NCBI GenBank assembly: GCA_903861125.1
Contig: CAIOTF010000013.1
Span: 1,482-65,481 of the forward strand
From: an uncultured Ignavibacteriota bacterium
Lineage (GTDB): Bacteria; Bacteroidota; Ignavibacteria; UBA10030; UBA8401
DNA: 64,000 bases
Direction of reading: 5' to 3'
The notes under the pieces: generated by a model
What the model was told of the DNA's origin: nothing
What the model saw: only the letters and a program-made list of their open reading frames with translations
The model's database searches: none
Program-made: the position numbers and the translations under genes
Shown here: positions 27,960 to 37,866 of the stretch, in pieces
How positions within the stretch are numbered: position 1 is the first letter of the stretch
Layout: every line of letters begins with the position of its first letter

Positions 27960-29699
27960 ATGGAAGAATTAAAATATACCGAAATATTGCAGCGGAACAA
28001 GGAGTTAGCCGGCACCGGCAATTCGCAACCCTATACCATCGGCATTCTGTCAAATGTCATTATTAATTCAATAAAAGAAATATTAGAGTATTCCTGCCGA
28101 ACACATCATTTAGAACCCAATATTGAAGCTGGGAATTATGATAATATCGTTCAGGATAGTACTCATTATCAACAAAAGGATTTGGTTATAGTCTTTTATG
28201 ATGTGTTAAATATCATAGATCAGGTCTCGGAATATTTTGAAGATATCGACGAGCAAAAATATATCAGTTTAAGGAATAAAATATTTTCTGAGATCGATAT
28301 TATATTAGAGAATCTTAAAAACACTCCTTCAGTTGTTTTCAATTCTTTTTCTTCGGCGTGTTTTGCCGGTATCAATATTCAGCCGTCGAAAAGCGATCAA
28401 TTTGTTGATGAAATAAACACGTATTTAAATACGAAGAAATCAAATAATGTAACCATTGTTAATATTGACCAATTGTTTATACACATAGGACTAAAACGTT
28501 CCATTGATTACAGATTTTATCATTCTTCAAAAGCACCATATTCGTTTGAATTTTTTAAGTGGTATGTTTTAGCAATTGAACCCCTCATACTTAAAAATAC
28601 TGGGAAACTTAAAAAAGCAATAATATTTGATTGCGATAATACTTTGTGGAAGGGAATTATTGGAGAAGATGGTATAGATGCTATAGACATGTCTCCTACG
28701 TCCAAAGAAGGACGGATTTTTCACAAGGTACAGCAAATCGCTGTTTATTTAAGCAAAAGAGGTGTTCTCGTAGGTATTTGCAGCAAGAATAACGAACAAG
28801 ATGTGTTAGAAGTGTTTAAAAATCATAAAGATATGGTGTTGAAGGAAGAACATATTGTCATTAAAAAAATTAATTGGGTTGATAAAGTTGACAACATAAA
28901 GTCTATTGCTTCGGAGTTGAATATCGGTATCGATAGTTTGGTTTTTGTTGATGATTCCAGTTTTGAAATTAATTTAATTAAAGAGCAAATCCCCGAAGTG
29001 CACACGATTCAAGTGCCGGCGGCAATTTATGAATATCCGGACCTTTTGCTGAAAAGTATCAGATCCCAATTTAGTTTAGTTATCAACAGCGACGATGCCA
29101 GAAAAACTGAAATGTATAAACAGCAGTATCAACGCGAGGAAAGTAAAAAATCTTTCACTTCCATTGAAGACTATTTAGCATTATTGGGGATCGAATTAAC
29201 GGTTTTTTGCAATAACAAGGAACACATTCCGCGGATATCTCAACTTACTCAAAAAACAAATCAATTTAACCTTACCACTCATCGATATACCGAAAGTCAG
29301 ATTGAAGCTTTCCTTTCTGAAGGAAATAATAATATTTATTCTATGTCGGTGAAGGATAAATACGGCGACAATGGGTTGACGGGAGTATGTATTGTTAAAG
29401 AAGAAGGAATCAATCCAAAAAAAGTAATTATTGATACACTTTTAATGAGCTGCCGGATCATTGGAAGAAATATTGAAATTGCTTATGTTGATTTTATCAT
29501 TAATGATTTGACCCGAAAAGGGTACGAAGTGCTCACCGCCGAGTATATTCCGACTAAAAAGAATGAACAGGTGGCAGATTTTTACGAAAAAATGGGATTA
29601 CACCTCATTCATCATAGTAAAGAAATCAAGCAGTATGAATTGAAAATATCAGAGTACGAGAAAAACAAAATAGAGTATATAAAAGTCAGTTCCCAATAA
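27960..29699 (+). CDS. FkbH-like protein: HAD-superfamily subfamily IIIC phosphatase-like domain plus a C-terminal GNAT-like domain
   Basis: FDCDNTLWKGIIGEDGI (the DxDNTLW motif of HAD-IIIC/FkbH), GICSKNNEQ, FVDDSSFE. C-terminal ...CRIIGRNIEIAYVDFI...ADFYEKMG resembles a GNAT fold. Confidence 0.65.
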   Translation: MEELKYTEILQRNKELAGTGNSQPYTIGILSNVIINSIKEILEYSCRTHHLEPNIEAGNYDNIVQDSTHYQQKDLVIVFYDVLNIIDQVSEYFEDIDEQKYISLRNKIFSEIDIILENLKNTPSVVFNSFSSACFAGINIQPSKSDQFVDEINTYLNTKKSNNVTIVNIDQLFIHIGLKRSIDYRFYHSSKAPYSFEFFKWYVLAIEPLILKNTGKLKKAIIFDCDNTLWKGIIGEDGIDAIDMSPTSKEGRIFHKVQQIAVYLSKRGVLVGICSKNNEQDVLEVFKNHKDMVLKEEHIVIKKINWVDKVDNIKSIASELNIGIDSLVFVDDSSFEINLIKEQIPEVHTIQVPAAIYEYPDLLLKSIRSQFSLVINSDDARKTEMYKQQYQREESKKSFTSIEDYLALLGIELTVFCNNKEHIPRISQLTQKTNQFNLTTHRYTESQIEAFLSEGNNNIYSMSVKDKYGDNGLTGVCIVKEEGINPKKVIIDTLLMSCRIIGRNIEIAYVDFIINDLTRKGYEVLTAEYIPTKKNEQVADFYEKMGLHLIHHSKEIKQYELKISEYEKNKIEYIKVSSQ

Positions 29700-29726
29700 T
29701 GTTAGAATAACGCAAACCGGAAAATT

Positions 29727-29957
29727 ATGGACAGTAAAAAAATCAAACAAGTCATGAGCATTGTGTTCGACGTTCCCCTGGAATCAATTACCGACGATGC
29801 TTCCACGGATACAATCCCGAATTGGGATTCACTTCGGCATCTGAATTTAATCCTCGCATTAGAGGAAGAATTAGGAATTTCTATCCCTAACGAAGAAGTC
29901 GGAAATCTTATTACATATAAATTAATTGAATTAATTGTCCATGAATGTAAAAAGTAG
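29727..29957 (+). CDS. Acyl carrier protein
   Basis: 76 aa. IPNWDSLRHLNLILALEEELG has the conserved Ser in a D-S-L context and resembles DltC-type and polysaccharide-locus ACPs. Confidence 0.75.
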   Translation: MDSKKIKQVMSIVFDVPLESITDDASTDTIPNWDSLRHLNLILALEEELGISIPNEEVGNLITYKLIELIVHECKK

Positions 29958-31299
29958 TGTTTCAAATTTTTTAGTAGATTTTGCGGTCTATCATTTCAAA
30001 ATAGCTTTGATATGGAAAGATCATTCATATCCGTACTCGCATATTCTGGACAGAATTCAATATTGGCGGGAAAAAATAGAATTCATTCAGCCTGGTACCA
30101 TTGTGGGACTTGAGGGTGACTTTTCGCCCGAAGCAATTGCAATTCTTTTTGTTTTGATTGAAAAAAGAGCTGTTTTGGTTCCTCTCGATATCAATCATTC
30201 CGATAAAAATGCCAAAAAATATGAAATAGCTCAAATTCAGATCCTGATAAGAGTGAATTCTGAGGATGATATAATTTTCATTCAGAGAGAAATTCTGAGC
30301 ATTTACAACGATTATTACACAAATCTTATCGCTTCGAATAATCCCGGTTTAGTATTATTTACATCGGGTTCTTCGGGAGAACCCAAAGCCGCTCTTCATG
30401 ATTTATCAAAATTATTATCAAAGTTTAATACGAAACGAAAAGCGTTACGGACGATAAATTTCTTATTGTTTGACCACTGGGGCGGTCTCAATACATTGTT
30501 CCATATATTATCCAATGGAGGGACAGTAGTCATACTTGAAAATAGAACTCCCGACTATGTCTGCTCTTTGATTGAAAAATACGAGGTTGAAATATTACCT
30601 ACCTCTCCGACATTTCTCAACATGCTCATTATGAGCAGGGCGTATGAAAGAAAGAATCTTTCCAGTTTAAAAATTATCAGTTACGGTACTGAACCTATGC
30701 CGGAAAGCCTTCTTAAACACTTGAATACTTTGTTCCCGAATGTCACCCTTCAGCAGACCTATGGCCTTATTGAACTCGGTGTTATGAGATCGAAATCGGA
30801 AGACAATGGATCCCTTTGGGTAAAGATAGGGGGCGAAGGATATCAAACAAGAGTTGTTGACGGGATGCTGGAAGTGAAATCAGATTCTGCTATGATCGGT
30901 TATTTAAATGCAAAAAGTCCTTTTACCAGCGACGGATGGTTTATGACAGGGGATACTGTTGAGGTGAAAGGTGAATATTTTAAGATATTAGGACGTAAAT
31001 CAGAGATTATAAATGTTGGAGGAGAAAAAGTATTTCCACAGGAAGTTGAAAACGTAATTATGGAAATACCGGAAGTATCCGATGTGATTGTGTATGGTGA
31101 AGAAAACAGATTAACAGGGAAAATAGTTTGTGCAAAGATATCGTACACAGGGGAGGCTGATCAGACAGAAATAATTAAGAAAATAAAGACGCATTGCAGG
31201 ACTAAGCTGCAGGCATTCAAAGTCCCGGTAAAAATTATTATTTCTGATACTACGTTTGAAAGTTACCGGCTTAAAAAAAATAGAGTTAATGGAATATAA
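29935..31299 (+). CDS. AMP-dependent synthetase/ligase (acyl--ACP or acyl-CoA ligase)
   Basis: LFTSGSSGEPKAALHD (AMP-binding core motif), YGLIELGV, GDTVEVKGEYFKILGRKSEIINVGGEKV. Overlaps the end of the preceding ACP gene. Confidence 0.8.
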   Translation: MSMNVKSSVSNFLVDFAVYHFKIALIWKDHSYPYSHILDRIQYWREKIEFIQPGTIVGLEGDFSPEAIAILFVLIEKRAVLVPLDINHSDKNAKKYEIAQIQILIRVNSEDDIIFIQREILSIYNDYYTNLIASNNPGLVLFTSGSSGEPKAALHDLSKLLSKFNTKRKALRTINFLLFDHWGGLNTLFHILSNGGTVVILENRTPDYVCSLIEKYEVEILPTSPTFLNMLIMSRAYERKNLSSLKIISYGTEPMPESLLKHLNTLFPNVTLQQTYGLIELGVMRSKSEDNGSLWVKIGGEGYQTRVVDGMLEVKSDSAMIGYLNAKSPFTSDGWFMTGDTVEVKGEYFKILGRKSEIINVGGEKVFPQEVENVIMEIPEVSDVIVYGEENRLTGKIVCAKISYTGEADQTEIIKKIKTHCRTKLQAFKVPVKIIISDTTFESYRLKKNRVNGI

Positions 31300-31882
31300 A
31301 TATAGCGATATTCTTGAAGGTGAATTTGTCACCTTAAAAAAAGTAGAATTGCAGGATGCTCTCGATATTTACACATGGAGGACGAGCCGGTCTGGTAGAT
31401 ATCTGCAGCATCCGTCTAATTATTCCGTGGAATCTCAACAAGAATGGATACGAAACAGAAGTGCGGCGGAAATTAATTATATCATCTATCCTAAAAAATT
31501 ACAGACTAAAGTCGGAATGATCGGAATTTATGACGTGCGATCTCATGATTTGGTCGCAGATGTCGGCAGGTTATTGCTTTCGGAAGAATATCTTCAAAAA
31601 TCTAACCCGTATGGACTTGAGTCATTACTGCTCACGTATGATTATGTATTTAACACAATGAATTTCAGGAAAATCAGCGGCACCATTTTAGGTGTTAACG
31701 TTGACATGTTTACGTTCCAGAAATATCTCGGAATGAAACAGGAGGGCTACTTAAAACAACATGTAATTATTAAAGACAAATGTGAGGATTTGTACGTTAT
31801 GTCTTTATTTAAGGATGAATTCATTCAATATAAAAATAAAATTCAATTTCTCTTGCGCAGCTTTAGGACAGTGCCAACATGA
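31289..31882 (+). CDS. GNAT-family N-acyltransferase
   Basis: GNAT fold-like sequence (RimL-type). The alternative start at 31256 is in the same frame. Immediately upstream of the DegT aminotransferase. Confidence 0.6.
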   Translation: MEYKYSDILEGEFVTLKKVELQDALDIYTWRTSRSGRYLQHPSNYSVESQQEWIRNRSAAEINYIIYPKKLQTKVGMIGIYDVRSHDLVADVGRLLLSEEYLQKSNPYGLESLLLTYDYVFNTMNFRKISGTILGVNVDMFTFQKYLGMKQEGYLKQHVIIKDKCEDLYVMSLFKDEFIQYKNKIQFLLRSFRTVPT

Positions 31883-32997
31883 TTAAATTCCTTGACCTTA
31901 AAAAAATCAATTTGACACATCAAGAAGAAATCGAACAGGCGTTGTTGGAAACTTTCCGCTCTGGGTGGTATGTGTTGGGTGAATCTGTTGAAAAATATGA
32001 AGATCAGTTTGCAAAATACTGCGGAGTAAAACACTGTATTGGAGTGGCGAACGGTTTAGATGCATTGATACTGATTCTCAGGGCGTATAAAGAACTACAT
32101 ATGATGAATGAGGGGGATGAGATTATTGTACCAGCGAATACTTATATTGCAACAATTCTTTCAATTACGCAGAATAACTTGGTTCCCGTTTTGGTCGAAC
32201 CGGATATTCATACGTATAATCTTGATGCCAGCAAAATAGCAGAAAAAATCACATCGAAAACGAAAGCGATCATGCCCGTCCACCTATACGGGCAAATCGC
32301 AAATATAGCAGCAATCAGTGAGATTGCTAAAAAATGTAATCTTAAAGTGATCGAAGATTCAGCGCAAGCGCATGGCGCAGTGTATCAAGGGAAAAAAACA
32401 GGAAGCCTGGGCGAAGCATCAGGTTTTAGTTTCTATCCCGGTAAAAATTTGGGTGCGCTGGGTGATGCTGGTGCGGTAACAACGGACAATGATGAATTAG
32501 CCGATGTCATTAGGGCGTTGGCGAATTATGGCTCAAGAAAAAAATACATAAACGATCACCGGGGTGTTAATTCGCGATTGGATGAGATTCAGGCTGCCGT
32601 ATTGAGTGTAAAGTTAAAGTATCTTGATATCGAAAATCAAAAGAGACGTGATGCAGCGCTATTCTACCTAAAAAATATTAAAAATGATGAAATCATACTG
32701 CCAACTTCATATGCTAATGGCGGAGATGATATTATGTCGCATGTATGGCATCTTTTTGTAGTTCGAACAAGAAACAGGGATGCATTGCAAAAATATTTGA
32801 CAAACAACGAAATCCAATCTTTAATCCATTATCCTATACCTCCCCACAGACAAAATGCATATAAAGAGTGGAACCATTTAACACTTCCAATAACAGAAAA
32901 AATCCACAACGAAGTATTGAGTTTACCATTGGGCCCCACCTTATCGACGCATGAGATGGAATGTGTTGTTGAAGTTATCAATCGATTCAAAAATTAA
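31879..32997 (+). CDS. DegT/DnrJ/EryC1/StrS-family PLP-dependent sugar aminotransferase
   Basis: [40 protein letters not shown], and a PLP lysine region. 372 aa. Confidence 0.85.
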   Translation: MIKFLDLKKINLTHQEEIEQALLETFRSGWYVLGESVEKYEDQFAKYCGVKHCIGVANGLDALILILRAYKELHMMNEGDEIIVPANTYIATILSITQNNLVPVLVEPDIHTYNLDASKIAEKITSKTKAIMPVHLYGQIANIAAISEIAKKCNLKVIEDSAQAHGAVYQGKKTGSLGEASGFSFYPGKNLGALGDAGAVTTDNDELADVIRALANYGSRKKYINDHRGVNSRLDEIQAAVLSVKLKYLDIENQKRRDAALFYLKNIKNDEIILPTSYANGGDDIMSHVWHLFVVRTRNRDALQKYLTNNEIQSLIHYPIPPHRQNAYKEWNHLTLPITEKIHNEVLSLPLGPTLSTHEMECVVEVINRFKN

Positions 32998-33206
32998 CCG
33001 AATTCAATTTGTCCGTCCTACATCCTATATCAGCAATACAACTTGTTATGCTCTTGCGGTCGGCAATAATTAAGTGGTAAAAATATTGAAATCAATTCTT
33101 CCGGTATGGCAACAAAGGAATACAGCCGCCTAGCTTGTGTGTTATACCCCATATGTGAAGTGGTAAATGAAATGATGGATGTTCATAGTTTTGAAGGAAT
33201 ATTCGC

Positions 33207-34163
33207 GTGACGATTAGACACAGCATTGTAATGATCTGTTACAATCAGGAAAAATATATACGGATCGCCCTGGATTCAGTGCTTTGCGAGGAAGTGAAAC
33301 CGTATGAAATTATCATTGGGGATGATTTTTCTACTGATGGTACGCGCAACATACTTCTTGAATACAAGAACAGATATCCCGAAATCTTGAAATTAGTATT
33401 CAACGAAAAAAATTTGGGAATTGTTGCCAACGCTAATAATGTTGCTCCAAAGGCCACCGGCGATGTAATTCATTTCCTCTCGGGGGATGATTGGTTCAGA
33501 CCAAAATTTCTTGCAAATATGAATAAGAAAATATTTGATCTGAATATCGATCCGCATACAGTACGGTTTATTTTAGTCCCCCATACGGTGTATCACTATG
33601 TTGATTCCACTGAAAAAACAATCAGAAACAATCCAAAATTAATAGAACAATTCTCACCCGTCGGTTTACTCTTCCGCGGCATGCTGTTTCACCGGCAGGT
33701 TGGATTAAGCCGTGCTCTTTTTGATCGGTGGCCTTTATTCCCGAGTGATTCGGATGATATTGGTTTATGGGCGGATCTAGTACAGCTCGCCATGCTTACT
33801 CAGCACGTTGAAACTATTGCTATAATAGATTCTGAAGGTCCTGTGTACCGTGCCGGTGTTGGAATTGTATCCAAAGCAAAAAGCTCCGAATTGGCCAGAA
33901 GTTACCATGCGGCGCTCGTTCGAATACATTCTTATTCTCTCAGCGGAGATATACGGTTAAACAGTGCTGATGCACAATACCTGGAATTCCTCATTGACTG
34001 CTGGTCTGTATTCTTAGGAAAAAACCAGAAAACCATTATTGCAATAATTCGTGAAGCATTTGTTTTGATATACAATAATATCAGAGAAATACGCCCAATC
34101 GCAAAACTATTTTTCTATTTATTGCGTCGTACGATTGTTCGATTAATCAAACCTTCTTTGTGA
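33207..34163 (+). CDS. Glycosyltransferase family 2
   Basis: GTG start. IVMICYNQEKYIRIALDSVLCE...IIIGDDFSTDGT is the GT-A DxD region. Confidence 0.8.
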   Translation: MTIRHSIVMICYNQEKYIRIALDSVLCEEVKPYEIIIGDDFSTDGTRNILLEYKNRYPEILKLVFNEKNLGIVANANNVAPKATGDVIHFLSGDDWFRPKFLANMNKKIFDLNIDPHTVRFILVPHTVYHYVDSTEKTIRNNPKLIEQFSPVGLLFRGMLFHRQVGLSRALFDRWPLFPSDSDDIGLWADLVQLAMLTQHVETIAIIDSEGPVYRAGVGIVSKAKSSELARSYHAALVRIHSYSLSGDIRLNSADAQYLEFLIDCWSVFLGKNQKTIIAIIREAFVLIYNNIREIRPIAKLFFYLLRRTIVRLIKPSL

Positions 34164-34379
34164 CACAGTCGAACATTTGCATATCTTATAACAATTAATA
34201 TTTGAAAGTACGGTAAAAATGATGTGTGACGCCGTGCAGCTATCAACATAGAGAGAGATTACGTACCGGCAGATTGGTTATTTGACGATCCTTGATGAAG
34301 TCGGGAAAATAATTTCAGATTGAAACACTCTATTGTTGCGTACAGCATAAATTAAAAATAAGGCAATTAAAATATCAAT

Positions 34380-35747
34380 ATGATAAATGGTTTTCACCGT
34401 AATACGTCAGGCGATTTTCTAAGAACAATCTTACATAAATTAGGTATAGATGGGGCAGTAGCATCTACGCTATACAATCGGTTTTTTGGGCTGTTCAAGA
34501 CTCCGTTAACGATGTTATTTATATTACGGTATTTAACGGCAGAACAACAGGGTATTTGGTATACATTTAACAGTCTCATTCCTCTCACGGCATTAGCAGA
34601 ATTGGGGTTTACAGTTATTATCACCCAATTTGTCAGTCACGAATATGCAAAACTAAAATATGAGAATGGAATCATAACAGGCGAGCAGTATAATATCGAT
34701 AAGTTGTTCAGTCTTATCAGATATGCGATAAAATTTTATACTATGATAATTCCAACGGCGATAGTGATTTTGTTGGTCGCCGGATCATCTTTTCTCAATA
34801 CTCAATCATTTGAAATTCTTATCGCATGGTATGTATTTTCGCTTATCGGCGGATTGAGTTTGTTCGGATCTCTTTTGCAATCAATATTTCAAGGTCTCAA
34901 CAAGGTAAGAGACATTCAGAAAAATATATTTTTAGGTTCTATTGTCACGACAGCATGTAATTTAGCATTTCTATATTTGAAATTAAATATTTGGGCGCTG
35001 GTTATTGGGAATGGAGTCGGATTAATTGTTATGCTTACCTTTCTCTATCTGAAGGCGCCTCAATTCTGGAAGCAACTGCTGCACCATAACCTAACCCATA
35101 CATTCCCCTGGTTTAAGGAAATTGTTACACTTCAATGGAAATATGCCGTTACATGGATCAGCGGTTATTTGATATTTTTTTTATTCGTTCCAGCGGCATA
35201 TAAATATCAAGGATCTATCGTTGCAGGTCAATTAGGCTTAACATTAAGCCTAATCGGAGCGGTCAGCAGTATTGCGGATCCGTGGGTTGGAACAAAACTT
35301 CCGCAATTGAATATGTTGGTGGCCACCGGTAAAAACAAAGAGTTAATTGATCTGTTTACTAAGTCTTCGATCCAGAGTTTCATCGTTATGGTTATGGGAT
35401 CGGTCGGATTACTGAGCATTCTTTTTGTTCTATCATATTTCAATTTTTATCAGAACAGACTTTTGAGTATTCCATTAACAGCATATCTATTGCTTTCAAA
35501 CATTCCCGTACGGATTATACTTTATCTTTCTATGTATTTGCGCGCTCATAAAATAGAACCATTTTATTTACTTTCCGTATTGAATGCTGCACTGATAGCA
35601 TTTTGTGTTTTTGTCGTTTTTCCAAGATATGGATTGTTGGCTTTAATCATAGGAACGAATATCGTTTATTGGTGTATCATTTTACCCTACGCCGTTTATA
35701 TTTACCGTTCGTTCAACAGAACGAAACAACTTATGAATGTTGTTTGA
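34380..35747 (+). CDS. Wzx-like polysaccharide flippase (MOP superfamily)
   Basis: 455 aa with about 12 predicted TM helices. In a glycan locus. Confidence 0.6.
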   Translation: MINGFHRNTSGDFLRTILHKLGIDGAVASTLYNRFFGLFKTPLTMLFILRYLTAEQQGIWYTFNSLIPLTALAELGFTVIITQFVSHEYAKLKYENGIITGEQYNIDKLFSLIRYAIKFYTMIIPTAIVILLVAGSSFLNTQSFEILIAWYVFSLIGGLSLFGSLLQSIFQGLNKVRDIQKNIFLGSIVTTACNLAFLYLKLNIWALVIGNGVGLIVMLTFLYLKAPQFWKQLLHHNLTHTFPWFKEIVTLQWKYAVTWISGYLIFFLFVPAAYKYQGSIVAGQLGLTLSLIGAVSSIADPWVGTKLPQLNMLVATGKNKELIDLFTKSSIQSFIVMVMGSVGLLSILFVLSYFNFYQNRLLSIPLTAYLLLSNIPVRIILYLSMYLRAHKIEPFYLLSVLNAALIAFCVFVVFPRYGLLALIIGTNIVYWCIILPYAVYIYRSFNRTKQLMNVV

Positions 35748-35911
35748 GCAATGCCTAACATAATCATGATTCTTGAAAAATATATTTCGCCTTACAATGT
35801 GATTTATGCTGAATACACGGTGTATATGTCCGGTTCAAGGTACATTGGGCAATAGAAGGATGATATGTTTCCGCGTACAATGAAAAACAGATTAGACGAA
35901 AAGGGAAAATA

Positions 35912-36721
35912 ATGGCAACTTGTAAAATCTGCGGGAATGCAACCGAAAAGATATTTCGCAGGCAAATTCTAACGAAATACGATGTCGATTATTTCCAGTG
36001 TCTTCAATGCAAGTTCATTCAAACCGAAGAGCCATTCTGGCTGCAAGAAGCTTACCAAAATTCGATCAATATTGAGGATACCGGTTTAGCGGATAGGAAT
36101 ATACTTTTTGTAAAGCGAACCAGTATGCTACTCTATTTTCTGTTCGCACGCAGGGGTAAATTTCTGGATTACGGCGGAGGGTATGGTCTTTTTACAAGGC
36201 TGATGAGGGACTACGGGTTCGATTTTTTTTGGGACGATCCGCACACGCAGAATCTCTTTGCCCGCGGCTTTGAATATTCCCGGGAGAAGACAGAACGCTT
36301 TGAATTGGTTACGAGTTTTGAATGCTTTGAGCATTTTCAGAATCCTTTGAAAGAATTGGAAAACATGTTGGCATTATCCGATTCAGTCTTGTTCTCCACC
36401 GAAATATTCAGCGGTACCGCACCGTTACCGGATCAATGGGGATATTACTATTTTTCTCATGGTCAGCACATCGCGCTATATTCCATTGAATCCCTGGAAT
36501 TCATTGCAAAAAAATATAAAATGAACCTGTATACCAACGGAAAAAGTTTTCACTTATTTACAAAAAAGAATATCGGAAACGCAGTGTATGGTCTTTTACT
36601 TAAAGCAGCATTGCTTGGAATTCCATCGCTGATTAAACTGGCCATGGGCAGCAGAACGAAACCGGATTCTGTGTATTCTCAAGAACGACGAAATGCTATT
36701 TCAGGAAAAACATCGTTATGA
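35912..36721 (+). CDS. Methyltransferase with an N-terminal zinc ribbon
   Basis: CKICGN...CLQCKF is a C-x2-C...C-x2-C motif, followed by LDYGGGYGLF (motif I). Confidence 0.6.
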   Translation: MATCKICGNATEKIFRRQILTKYDVDYFQCLQCKFIQTEEPFWLQEAYQNSINIEDTGLADRNILFVKRTSMLLYFLFARRGKFLDYGGGYGLFTRLMRDYGFDFFWDDPHTQNLFARGFEYSREKTERFELVTSFECFEHFQNPLKELENMLALSDSVLFSTEIFSGTAPLPDQWGYYYFSHGQHIALYSIESLEFIAKKYKMNLYTNGKSFHLFTKKNIGNAVYGLLLKAALLGIPSLIKLAMGSRTKPDSVYSQERRNAISGKTSL

Positions 36722-37836
36722 ATGTATTGTTCGACCATCAGGTGTTTTCTTTTCAGGAGTACGGCGGAATATCGCGGTATTACTCTCAACTAATAAAAGA
36801 ATTATCTTCGAGGGATGATATTCATCCGGCTGTTCTGATCAAATATTCAAACAATGCATATTTACGCAGCATCAATAATCTTGAACCAAAGCCGTTTTTT
36901 CGTTCACACCGTTTTAAGGGTCGCAATGAACTCATCCGCCTTCTGAATCAATCGTATTGCAAAAGCGAATACCAACAAAGAAATCCTCCCGATATATTCC
37001 ATCCAACATACTATCACCCGTATTTTTTAGATGTTATCGGAAAAGTTCCATTTGTGCTGACCATTTACGATATGGCGCATGAATTGTACCCCGGGATGTT
37101 CCACCCATTGGATTTTACGATAAGAAATAAAAAAACATTGGCATTGAAAGCATCGCGGGTAATTGCAATTTCCGAGAATACAAAAAATGACGTCGTCAGA
37201 ATGCTCGGCGTGCCGGAATCCTCTATTGATGTGATACCGTTGGCAACGGATATTAGCGTGGATACTTCTGTGAAATATCCGGATTCACTTCCGGAGGACT
37301 TCATCCTATATGTCGGCGCCAGAAACACGTACAAAAATTTTCCATTCTTTTTGCGTGCCATTCAATTTTTATTCAAAGAGACCAAGAACATCTCCGTTAT
37401 TTGTGCAGGAGGCGGATCATTTTCCGCGAAAGAATTAAAGCTGATAGATACGTTGGGTCTTTCAAAGAAGGTCTTTCAGGTAAATGTAAGCGATGGATTA
37501 CTCGCGGTGCTATATTCTAAATCGAAGGCATTTGTCTATCCGTCATTATATGAAGGATTCGGGATCCCCGTGCTTGAAGCATTCTCATGCGGTGCGCCGG
37601 CAGTGTTAAGCAACCGAAGTTCGTTGCCGGAAGTGGGAGGTGATGCTGCTGTGTATTTCGATCCGGAAAATGCCGACAGTCTTGTATCTGTGTTGAGGAG
37701 TTTGATATATCAAAAAAATAATACGGATGAAATGACTGCCAAAGGATTTGAACGGGCTAAACTATTTTCGTGGAGACGAACTGCCGATCAGACGCTGGAT
37801 ACGTATACAAAAGTATTGAAAAGTGAAACACATTGA
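36718..37836 (+). CDS. Glycosyltransferase family 4 (GT-B)
   Basis: FILYVGARNTYKN ... YPSLYEGFGIPVLEAFSCGAPAV, the E-x7-E region. Confidence 0.8.
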   Translation: MNVLFDHQVFSFQEYGGISRYYSQLIKELSSRDDIHPAVLIKYSNNAYLRSINNLEPKPFFRSHRFKGRNELIRLLNQSYCKSEYQQRNPPDIFHPTYYHPYFLDVIGKVPFVLTIYDMAHELYPGMFHPLDFTIRNKKTLALKASRVIAISENTKNDVVRMLGVPESSIDVIPLATDISVDTSVKYPDSLPEDFILYVGARNTYKNFPFFLRAIQFLFKETKNISVICAGGGSFSAKELKLIDTLGLSKKVFQVNVSDGLLAVLYSKSKAFVYPSLYEGFGIPVLEAFSCGAPAVLSNRSSLPEVGGDAAVYFDPENADSLVSVLRSLIYQKNNTDEMTAKGFERAKLFSWRRTADQTLDTYTKVLKSETH

Positions 37837-37866
37837 AATATTGTTGAGCAGATGCTGCAAGCTGTA

